Below are positions 51,367 through 63,400 of a DNA stretch of 64,000 nt, one piece after another. Within the stretch, counting starts at the first letter, position 1. The number at the start of each line of letters is the position of its first letter. Location of the stretch: IMG/VR virus record IMGVR_UViG_3300023371_000071, one strand, 5' to 3'. The translations under genes and the position numbers were made by a program. The DNA is from a virus. Lineage: Duplodnaviria > Heunggongvirae > Uroviricota > Caudoviricetes. The notes under the pieces were generated by a model, which was given only the letters and a program-made list of their open reading frames with translations, had not been told where the DNA came from and did not search any database.

Positions 51367-54300
51367 TTAATAGTAAGATTCCCATCCTGAAGAGGGAGTT
51401 GATTCCTAAGCAGGAAAGAATGTACTAGCAGTATAACTTGATGGCGAATATGAATGAGAGGCTGGGGTATATGAATGTGATGAAGCTGTATAATTACAAG
51501 TTCCATCTGCATTTTTGCTATGTGAAGAAGCTTTATAATAATGGCTTGCTGCCGTATAACTATGTGACTCTTGAGTATATGAAGAAGCAGTATATTGAGT
51601 GTCTGCTTCACATTGAGCAAAACCCGCACTATAACCAGCTTTATATGCCGCCGCGATTTGGTCCATATGATATTTCGTGGCGGCAATATTAAAAGAATCG
51701 GATACTGTTGCCCCCGCGATAGTTAAAGAATAAACAATAGATCCGCCCTCTGCACTCATTGTAAAACCGCCCTCACCAAAAATTTCAGGCTCATCTGTTA
51801 AGTCAACCTATTTTCCTGCGATTGTCAAAGAGCCAGTTAATTTTCCACTGCTTGTACCCATAGTCCAAGCCCCATCTTCAAAAATGGGTTGTCCAGCATC
51901 TTCTCCCATAGAAGTATCAGCACCAACTGTACCAATCTATACGGAAGCTTTTAATTTACCTTCTGAAATTTCATAATTTAATACGTGTCCATGCTCCGCT
52001 AAAGCAAGAGCGGTACCTTCACCGACAGTTGCGCCAGGAGTATTACCATTGCCGTTAAAACTCTCCTGCAACATTTTTCCATAAATACTCTATAATTCAA
52101 TGGAAATAATCGCAGAGCCATCTCCTCCAGCAGGGTCAACACGTAAATTTGCTTGACCAACAGCCTTAGCTAAAGCATTTTTAGCTTTCTTTAAAGCTTC
52201 AATTGCTTTATTCATTGCCGCAGCAGCTAAGTTGTTAGCAGCAACAATTTTTGGATAAACTTCTTCACAAAGAATTCTATTTACCCAAGCTTGAGTTGCA
52301 ACCAATGAAGGAGTAGGTGTTCTTGATTCATTATTATCATCAAGCATAAAAATTACTCCTCCATAAATGGAGCCATCAACATCAAGATTTTTAGTAAATC
52401 TAGCAGATTCACCATAAATATTCCACTAATAAAGATAACCTAAATCGGCTCCACGAGGAACAATTGTAACATTGCTGCCAATAGATTCTCCGCCAGAACC
52501 AAGATAGACATTAAATCCCATACCTTTAGCATCATGATACACAGCAAATAAACCCGCTCCACCAAGCTGTAAAGTTTCATCTGATTGCGCATCTGTTAAT
52601 TCTACTGAAGTGTGGAATGTACCAGTAAAATTAGTTAACCAAACCAAACCATCACTGTCTGGAGGAGTTACAATATCTGAGTCATCTTGAGAAAAATCTG
52701 GGAAACCACTTAAATCAAAAGGAATAATTGTTCCTTCTGCGGCATAATTATCATCTTTACTACCTTTTGTAAATTCAGTGGTTCGTTTATATTCTTCACC
52801 CATTTCATATGCACGTGGCATAATGAAATTAGTATTTGTATCTTCTTTATAAGTCAAACCTTGTAAATGAATTGCTGCAAGATATAAATTACCTTCAACC
52901 AACTCTTCTGTTACTGCAATATCTTCCGAAAGATCAGTAAAAACACCCTGACTTTCAGTCGAAATACCACAATAAATAGAAGCAGTTTCTCCATCAATTT
53001 GAACTTGACCTTTAGAGAAATAAGCACTACCATTATTGCCACTGATAAAGCTTTTTGGAATTGGGAATGGATCTTCTCCTGTTGCTTTTTCTAAACCAAA
53101 ACCAATATCACCTGTAGTAAAATTGATTAACATATTATAATATGTTGGTTCAGCAATTAACTCAATACCTTCATCTTCAGTAGATAAACCCATCCAACCA
53201 TATCGGCCACTAATAATCATTTTACCTTTCATAAAGGCAATAAATGAATCATGACCATTTAAGTTAATCCAGTCACCATTATGCTCGCCATCTCCTTGAT
53301 CTCTAAAACCAGAAGGCATTCCATTTTCATCAGTAAAATCATCATAAAATTTACGATAACCTTGAGCTTGGCCTCCACCAAAATTTCTATCGGTTGCATA
53401 AATTTCATAATCATTAATATACCAATTACCAATGGTTGCATATTTGGTGTATAGATAACCATCAGATCTAATACCTGTCTAAATAACATTATCTTCATTT
53501 GCAAAAGATGCAGTAAAGAAATTCTCTGGAACAGGTAAAACTTCAGTGGTTCCATCTTTATATTCTTTGGTATAAGAAGTAACTTCTTCTCCATTTAAAG
53601 TATATGTAGGATTTGGAATAAAAGAACCATTTGACAAGTTCTTTTCTGGATTTCCTAAAAATATTCTACCAAAAATATTCTTCTATGTCAAGCCATAGTC
53701 ACTAATAACCCATGGATAATCTTTACCGATACGACCATATCTAGCAAAAATACCACCAGTTGTAACTACGCCATAATTTGGGTCTACTAAGAAATAATCA
53801 TGATCTTCATCATTCATAAATTCATCTACCCATAGTAGTTCTTCATGATGACTCCAATCTTGCATCCAACTTAATGTTTTATCCGCCAATTCATCGCAAA
53901 ATGTTGAAATACGTCTTGGTGTCTATGTATATAAGAAAAATTGTGAAATACTTTGATTACCAATAGCATCCCATGCTTGATTACTAATTACATAACCACC
54001 ATTTTCATCTTCTGTCAGATAATCCAATAAACGACGAGGATTTAAATTAATATAACAAGTCTAAGTTGAATTACTAATTAAAGCGTTTCGTCCATCAAAA
54101 TGGATACGTCCTTCACCAGATGGACCAATAAAACCAGTGCCATCAGTTTTAAATCCAAAAGACTGTTGTCCTGCATTGAATCCGTATAGGCCAGGAGTAT
54201 CTAATGATTCATCGCCTTTTTCATGCCAGTCACCCATCATAACACCGGTAAAACGATTGCGCTGATCTTTTGTGCCTGCTGCAATCATTTTTGCAATAAT

Positions 54301-57300
54301 CGCACTGTTCTCATAATCAAGAGATAGACTCTAACCATCCCACTCATTAACAAGAGAAGAAGGATAAAGGTTCTGCGCAAATGCGATACCCTGCGCGACT
54401 GTTGTGGTACCATCCATAAAATATATATAAGTAAAATACTCATCTGTTAATAAATCTTCTGTCCATTGTTGTGCATAAGCCGAAGGATCTGCTACATGAG
54501 TATTTAATTGTTGCGCGGAAAAACCTAACGCATAAGAAGTTTGATTTGCTTTACTTACAGAAGTTCCATTTGGTAAAGTAAATACTGGATATTCAGCCTC
54601 TTTTTCAATTAAGCGTAATACTTTTGTTTGATTGATCTACCATGTTGGATAAATCAATTCATTCATATAATCATATGTTTCGCCGGTTTCTTCAGAAGTA
54701 TCAGATCCAGTAATAATTTTTTGTACTTCAAATACATTTGATGCATAAATTGGTGCTTGACCGTCAGATCTAAATTCTACACGATCTGGACACACAATAT
54801 CATGCGTTTGCATATATTGAGCACTGTTACTTACTAAAATACCTTTTCGGACTGTAATATCATATTCTGCCGCACCAGATACCGTAACCTCAACAACAAA
54901 AGGATAAGGTTGTGTAATGCGGCCACGGATAACATTGCCAATAAAATCTTTATAATTTAGATGGTCTCTATCATCTTTTGGTTTATATGCAGTACCATAA
55001 TATTTCCAAGTGAATTCGCACTTTGCTCTTTCATCCAATGGTAATAATTGACCTTTACGATCATATACTAAACAGTAGATTTCAAATTCACTTGCGGTAT
55101 CAACATAATAATTGCCAGCAGGTTCACTAATGGTAATAACAGGAGTATATTCACAACCAAAAGCTCCTGCTCGTCCAAAAATTAGTTCTTTCTTAATAGA
55201 AAAAGAACCCATACCATCAATATCAATTGTAGCACTAATTTCATTGTCATTATATCGCACATTATGAATAGCATCAATATAAAAATAGCGAGTTGCTTTT
55301 TTATCTAATTCAAATAAATGATCTGAACGATGATTCCAATATGCAATATCTCGTGCGTTATCATCAAGCATTCCCCATGCTCTAATCATAGTAAAACTTT
55401 CTGGGAATTGCCAAGTAATATTAAAATTCGGTTTATTACCATCTCGATCAGTGTACTCGCTTAAACGAACATAAGCGGCATCTTTGTCTGCATATACGTA
55501 ATCTGAAGCAAGATTTCTACGATCCTCTTCAACTTTGATCCAAGGTTCAATATAGTATTGCACATCTGAGAATAAAATATTATCATCATTAGCTAATACA
55601 TTATTATTTTCATTATATACAAAGAAATTACCAACAGTGTCATCGGGAACAAGAGTTTCAGATTCTCTTGGCGCTAATCTATGAGTATCAGTTAAAAGTT
55701 CCATTTTACCTGTTGTAGTTGTAAAGAAATAACCTTTACCAGTAGGTAATTTTTCTGAACAGGAACCAACCAAGTTTCCACGAGAATCATATACGTCATA
55801 GCCAGATGGTTTCAATAACGCACAACGTAATACAACTTTATCATTGCGCGCCAAATTGGCAATATCGCTCTCAATCGTTGTGTTATAATTCTAAAAAATA
55901 AATACATTACTTGTAGTATATGTATTATTAAAATGAATTACAACCTTGTAGCGCTCTTTTGCTTTATTTATATCGGGAGTAACAACAAAATTAATTGGAG
56001 TATTTTCATCATATTCTACATCAGCATCTGTTCCAATAGGGCGCCAATAATTACCACCGAAACGATGAGATGGAATTTCTGAATTATACTCGGGATGCTC
56101 TGGCGCCCATTCAGGATCATATCTATACCAATATGTTTTTGCTTCTAATTCTTCTAATCTTGAATATGTATCAATTAGTTCAAGAGTGTTATCTACTTTA
56201 TGAACCCATGCGGCATAAAGAGTACGATCAGGTTTACGCACTGCCTCATTCTCAGGGTCTGCGCCATATGTAACTACATCATATGTATATAATGTAATTG
56301 TTTCCTCTTGCATTTCCTCAACAGAAAGTCCAAGCAAACAATGTAAATTATTAAAAATAATATTTTTTAACTCTGCACTTCGACCAGTGGCTTCTCCAAA
56401 CTAAACATAGATTTCGTTAATACGAATCTTTTTTTCTTCTTCTGAAAGACTTGTATCATCTTCTACGGCTTTAATCTAAGCCATAAAATCTTCTTTAATA
56501 GTTTCTATGTCTTGAGATCCCCAAGGGATTGGATTACCATATTCATCAATAAATTTATGATCTTGCCAAAACCATACGTCAATACTATCAATAGAATTGG
56601 TAAATTTAGAGATGTCCACAACGATTTGTTGTGTTGAGGCTAAAGTATAAGCATATGGATTACCGTACATATTATTGTTAGTAAAGTAATATTCTTGTGT
56701 TAAAGTTTCAATAGCACCAGAAGTTTTATCTTCAGTGCCTTGACCTCTTACACAAATACGTAATCCATATTCACCAGATTGAGGTCTAAAAGTATGTAGA
56801 AGTGTAGTAACATCAACTTCTAAACCCAATTTTGTGGCACAAATAGGACGTTTTTCAATGTTTTCCCAATGCCATACATGATCTTCGGATATTGGGAATG
56901 TTTCATTCGCAACATCCATAATAAGCGTTTGTTCTTCTCCATGATAAGGACAATTAGCCCAATAACCAACTTCCTACATTGGCGTATTATATGATAAATT
57001 ATATAATCCCACAAAATCATCAAAAGGAAGTTTGAGATTATATATGCTCTATTCATCTTCAGTATTAATTTTTAAACCAATAATAAATTTTTGAAGATTA
57101 AAATCACCATTTGGGATTTGTACATAAACTTGCTGACCTGCACTATATACTTCTCCCTATTTAGCATAAGCATCAAAAACTGCGTCTTGGCTTTTTACTT
57201 TATAGACACCAGTGCGAGCACCTTTATCATCAAGATAAACCTCAATGATTTTACACTCTTTGGTAATATCAAAATTTTGCTTTGATACGACTCCAGTTAC

Positions 57301-57360
57301 AATTGTATAAATCGCATCAAATAAATCGTTTTGCAAATTACCATTTTTCTATTCTGCCAT
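51367..57360 (-). CDS. Giant tail-tip/baseplate-associated protein (about 1997 aa), read through 18 in-frame TAG codons
   Basis: Nine ORF-track fragments share one frame: 56476-56919, 55891-56337, 54637-55854, 54061-54288, 53683-53889, 52426-53319, 52090-52347, 51406-51759 and the start segment. TAGs at 57349, 57157, 57049, 56974, 56476, 56401, 55891, 54637, 54331, 54061, 53923, 53683, 53479, 52426, 52090, 51937, 51808 and 51406. ATG at 57358-60 preceded by AAGGAG. TAA at 51367. The C-terminus is Tyr/Ser/His-rich ('YTASSHSYTPASHSYSPSSYTAS'). Confidence 0.6.
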
Positions 57361-57450
57361 CCATGTTTCATCTCCTTTTACTCAAAACACTTCTATCTTT
57401 TTATAGAAAAATCGTGTGATATATTAGCCGAAATAGACCAACCAAAAAGA

Positions 57451-57472
57451 AGGGGTCTCCGAAGAGACCCCT
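57451..57472 (-). terminator. Rho-independent terminator after the tape-measure gene
   Basis: AGGGGTCTC-cgaa-GAGACCCCT hairpin followed by CTTTTTTGG on the minus strand. Confidence 0.6.
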
Positions 57473-57480
57473 TATATTTA

Positions 57481-60400
57481 TTAGCGTTTTGAACCAATGT
57501 ACTGAGCCGCGCGATTAATAAGATTATCAAAAGCATCTTGGATTTCATTACTATCTTGTACGTTCGGGAATTCTGCGGTAATATGAACTTGTTGTTGCAA
57601 TTCAGTTTCCTTGGTGGTTTGGGTAGTTTCTGCATGTAAATTATACATATTAGCTCTTGAAGCTGCGGTTGCCAAATTAATATATTCATCCATCATAGTT
57701 AATGTGGCTTGATCAAGTTTATTTACTACTTTAACTGTATCAAGCAATTTTTGTGTATCATTTTGATTTAATACTAATTCCGGTCTACTCTTAGTGCCAT
57801 CAACCCAAGCGGGGCCAGTATAATCAGCGAGGCCACCAGTGGCATATTTCTTGCCAGTTTTATCTTTAATTAGATCACCAAGCTTATTGCCAACAATAGC
57901 TCCTGCTACGCTAGTGACACCAGATCCAATGATCGCACCAACTGTGCCACCAACTTTAGAACCTACGCCTCCACCAACAACTCCACCAACAACTGCGCCT
58001 AGAACGGCACCAATATTTAATCCAGAAGATTTATCTTGTGTACCGGTTCCACCAGTGCCGCCAGTTTTACCACCTGTATCTCCAGTTTTATCATTGTTTT
58101 TAGTGGTGGTGGTATCTTTTTTGGTCGTAGTTGTAGTAGTTTTAGTGGTAGTTGTTGTAGTACTGCCAACACTCGCGCCGGCCAATTTTGCCTAGGCCTA
58201 AATAACTTTCTAAATTTCTAAATACATTGATTCATAAGTACCAATAACACTATTTAATTTAGAAATATAATTATCCCAAGCTGTTGTAGTAGTATGAATT
58301 TGACTTACCTCTTGACGCAGTGAATCTGTCATTTTTACAGTTTCATTTTTTGCATCTTCTGTTACTTTATCATAAGTATTTACAGATTCGACCATACTAC
58401 CATAACTAGTATTTGTTAATATAGTTACTTCTGCAATTTTAGTTGCATAATCTGACATGGCCTGTTTAATACGATCATAAGCGGTTTCCATTTCATCTCG
58501 ATAATTATCAGTATCATTAATCATTTCACCAATAATTTCAGCAACAGTACCTTTTGTTCTATCTGTAATTTCTTCAACTGCAATACCATAATGATCAGCA
58601 ATTAATTCATTGGTTGTCATTGTATTTTCACTAACAATATTATATTGCTCTTGTAAATAACGAGAGCGTTCATAATAATGATCTAAAATCTCATTGATTC
58701 TTTGTTGTTTTTGTTCTTCTGTTAAAGTTTCATCCATAGCAATTTCTTTAATAGCTTCAAGCGTGTCTTGGCGTAATTGTAAAGTTTGATTATAAATATC
58801 TTGTTCGTATTCCCAATTGGTATCAGCCATTTGCTGAAGTACATCTTCATATTCTTGCTGGGCTTGATTAATAGCATCTTCATCAGCGGTATATTGATAT
58901 ACCATGTTGCCTTCGCTATCACGAGTTAAGCGTACAGTACTCTTAGCGTTTTGAGCCTCTTCAAGAGCAATCTACTTAAGAAGAAGTTCATATTTAAGAT
59001 TCATCATTTCAATTTCATATTCGCTTAATTCTTTTAATTCACTTTGAGCATTAATTTCATCTTGTAATGCTTTTAATTGCTTTTTATGTACACTAGAAGT
59101 TGTGTCGTTGATTGACTGTTGGATATTACGATTTAACTTACTAATTTCATATAGTTCACGCTGAGAAGAAACATATTGCTCCATTTCTTCCATGTAGAAA
59201 CCATATTCCTCAGTGAGCCAAGCAAGATCATTACCCACACCAACCATTGATTCTTCAAGATCTTTCATAATATCTTCGATTGTAGTATCGTACATATCTT
59301 TTAAGGCTTGAAGAGTTTCTTCAGTCTTAGATAGAATATTTGCTTGTACTTCATTCATTGTCTCTTGCAATGCCTCATATTGAATTCGTTCTGTTTCAGT
59401 TAATCCTTCCGCAGAGTTCATGCGCGCAAGATAATATTGCTCTTCTTCTTTAAGTACATTAAGATAGGACATTTGAGATTCAAGAGAAGCCATATTATAA
59501 TCATATTGCTTTTCATAGAAGAATAACAAATCTTCAAATGTTTGTCCTTTACCCATAAGCTGAAGAATAGACATATAAGAGCCCATAGCTTCAGAAGCAG
59601 CATCAATTTTTGCAGTATGCTTGTCAAGTTCTTCACTAGCAAGTTCAAGAGTCTTACCATAAAGTTCTTCAATTGCTTTTTTAGCTTCTTGAATTGCCTC
59701 AAGATTATCAAGAATTTGAGATTGAATATCCTGTAGACCTGCAACGTAATCAGCTTGATTAAGATCTCCCGCCGCGAATGCAGCTTCAAGTTCTTGACGA
59801 GCTGTGGCAAGATAACTTAAATTCTATTCTGCGATTTGTCCTTGACGAATATAATTATCCATAAGAAGATCTTGTTTTTCAAGAACTTCATCATATTTAT
59901 CATTAATATAATCAAGATAATCTTTTTCAGCTTCATTAATTTCAACTTTGTATTCGACTTTATATTGAATCTTTTCAAGAGTCTTTTCAGAAATTTGATT
60001 CTGCAATTCAAGAATTTCATTTTGTTTGTCACCAATAAGGTTTAAAGTTTCTTGATATTGATCAATCCATTCCAAGGCTTCTTCAAACCATTCGTCCATT
60101 TGCTCTTTTTCTTCTTCCATATTTTCTTGAGCAGAAGCATCAGCAGCGTTGTATTTATCAATAAATGCATTGTATTTAGCTAAAATAGAATCCATTAAAG
60201 CATCATAATTAGAAATATTCCCTTCGCCATCAAAAGTAGCACCAAGAGAAGCAACTCTCTATTTATCAACTGCTAACCACTCTTGAGCCTATCTGACATA
60301 TTCTTCCTATAAGCCAATTTCTTGTTCAATTAAAGAAATTTCTGCTTCTAAATTTTTTAAATAAGATTCTCCATAAACACGCTTTTTAACTTTATCTACT

Positions 60401-63400
60401 TTTTCTAATGCATCCGCCATACGCTCTAATGCATTATCTACTTGGAAATAGCGCTGTTTATGATCTTCTGGCTTCTTTTTATCAAGCTTCTTTGGCTTTC
60501 CGCCACCTCCGCCACCTCCACCTCCGCCGCCACCACCGGTGATACCTCCACCATAGGTGCCTTTGTTAGTGATAGTTTTAATAGCAAAACCTTTAACCAT
60601 ACCATCAACAGGATTGGCATGAACACTTAAAGGAATATAAAAGTCTTGACCATTTTCACCATGGGCGATATAACTACCTGCTTTTGCAGACCACTCTGTT
60701 TGTTCCACTGGAAATTCTTTAGTTTCAACCTGCATATCCATTCCCAATGCCGCAGCCAAAGCTTGCATAATACTTGCTGCTTCATTCGCATTAGAGGCTA
60801 AACCAGAGACAAAACCAGCCAATGAAGTTAAGTTATTCGCAACCACTTGACCCATTTCGCCTTCTCCTAACAATTCACTCCAATTAAGAGCTTTACCTTC
60901 TGGTAAACCATTAACTGCTGTTGATAAGGCTTCAAGCTCATCCGTCATAGATGAAATATCAGCATTACCTGTTAATTGATCTAAAATATGCTTAGAAGCT
61001 TTTTCTTGCAATCTATCGTAAGCTCCATCGACACCATCGGCAGCATCCTACAAATCTTTTAATACGTCATCTTGTAACATAAAGTCTTCTGTTAATGCTT
61101 CAATTCCCTTATCATCCAAATCGAGAACATCACCATACATTTCTTTCATGTCATCAAGAGCTTTTTTATGTTCAACAGTGCCCTTCTATGCCTCTTTTAA
61201 TGTTTTAGAATATGTTTTTAAATTGGACTAAACAGATTTTAAACCCTTTTGAACTCTTGCATATGAAGCTGCCAATTTGATATTATCTTCTTCTGTTTCT
61301 CCATTAATTTCGCCTAATTCTTTTAGATATTCTGTATATTCTTTTAATTCTTCAACACTACCAAAACCAGCTTTAGTTGCCAAATCATCAAGGGAAGCTT
61401 CAAAATTATCCTCTCCAGTACCAGTTGTAGCATCATCTTTAGCTTCTTGTGTCTCTTCTTTTACCCCTCCAATAATTTGATCAAATGCTGAAAGTACATC
61501 TAACCATTTCTATGGATCCCATCCAAGAGCAGTTAAGTCTGCCATCGCCGATGCTTTATCTTGATCAGTAGTTGCAGAAGATAATCTTAATAACGCCTTT
61601 TGCTCTGCTTCAGAAAATTCTATACCATAAGGAGAAAATTTTTCTGTGTTACCTGCAATAAGGCCCGCAATCGCAGCTTCTTGATCGGTATATTTATCAT
61701 CTGTAAAATCACGAGTTTCTCCTTCTTTATTTGTCGTAGCAACTTCAATTGATTTTAAAATTGTATCAAAACCTGCCATAGCAACAGATTCCAAGTTCGC
61801 TGCCCAAGTTTCAGGATTAACGCTATCACTTAATTCATATTCTCCCCAACGATTGGCTTCAAATTCACCTCTAGCTCTAATCTCAGCCCTTTTATAAGCT
61901 TCTGCATCAGAAATCTCTTCTCCGTTTGCTTTAGCTTTAGTTTTTTCCTATTCTGCATATGCAGCAATAACTTCTGCATATTCTTCTGCTGTTAATGCTT
62001 CACCTTCTCGGACTTTATCAGCAATATCTGTACGAGTTTTATAAATATTTGCTGCACCTGCCAAAGACATAAGTGCTTCCGCTGCGGCTTGAGCCGCAGT
62101 TGCAACTGCATTAATCGCAGTTTGCAGAGGTCCCTCTAAAGTAAATCCTGCAGCCTTTAATCGATCTTCAAAAGCTTGTACAGAAGCAGGATCTCCCCAA
62201 TCAACACCAGAAAGAGCATTGGAAAATTCATCTAATCTTTCTACCGGAACTGCTTTTAACATTGCTTTCATTCGATCAATACCAATTTGTCCAGCAGAAG
62301 CTTCGGCATTGGCCAAAATATTTGCCGCAGTCTCTTGATCTTCGGCAGTATCAAAAATGTAGTTATCACTAATCATTTCTTCATAAGCAGATTTAACTCT
62401 CTGAGAAAACTTACCATTAGCAATATCAAAAGTCTTAGCTCCATTATTTACCGCGGTAATAATGGCTGCATAAAATCCATCTACATCTTTAGCAATTGCT
62501 GCACCCTATTGCGTTAAACTAAGATTACCTTCTTCATCTTCGGTTAAATATCCTGCTTGAATACCCCAATTTTTCATTAAAGTGGTATCAGTTGGTAAAG
62601 CATATTTTCCGTCTTTTAAAGAAAGTCCCAGTCCCATCGCCAAAGTGTTTTTGTTTTCTGCCCATGCATTACGACCAACATCAAAATATCCTTCTGCTAA
62701 ATTTGCCTAGGATAAAATATAAGCCGTTGCAGGATCTATACCTAATACTTTAGCAATTTGCTCCGGGTCTTGCTTAAAAGCTGCATCAATATAAATACCC
62801 TCTTGAGACCAATTTCTATTTGTATACCCTTCAACATCTTTGTATAATGCCGTTTCTACAGCAGCTAAAGCCTCAGAACCACCAGTTCCATCACTATCAA
62901 ATAATGCAGAAACCAATTTCCAATTATCTGCATTCTATAGCCAATCTGTAGTTACTTCTGTCCCAAAAATTAAAGTTAAAATATCAGCTAAAGCTTTAAA
63001 TTTTTCCAAATTTGCTTCAGTAATAGTGGAATCTGCCATATCTTGATTTAATGCAGTAAAATCTGACAACATACCAATTAAAGAATTAAATCCTTTGGCT
63101 CGATTTGATTTAATTACTGCATCTTCATAAGCTTGCTATGTTGTAATTGCTGCATTAGAATTATATAATTTTAATTCTTCTAAGTCATAACCATTCGCAC
63201 TAGCGATATTAGATAAAATTGAATCTCTTGCCCAAGCTGGGATGGTAGAAAAATCTGCTTTACCATCTTTCGTAAAACCTGCATTAATTAAATCTGTAAA
63301 TGAAGTAACTGTTGCGTACCAACTATTTAAATCTTCTGATGTAACCTATAAGGTATCTCGACTAGCCCATAAAGTTCCAATTCGACTATTAACATCCTAT

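Noticed and set aside
52330-52350. GGAGGAG followed by ATG (MLDDNN...) that looks like a gene start inside the 2000-aa gene
   Set aside because: - The upstream frame is open and in-frame through the TAG at 52426.
- The GGAGGAG simply encodes Gly-Gly-Val, so I treat it as internal.
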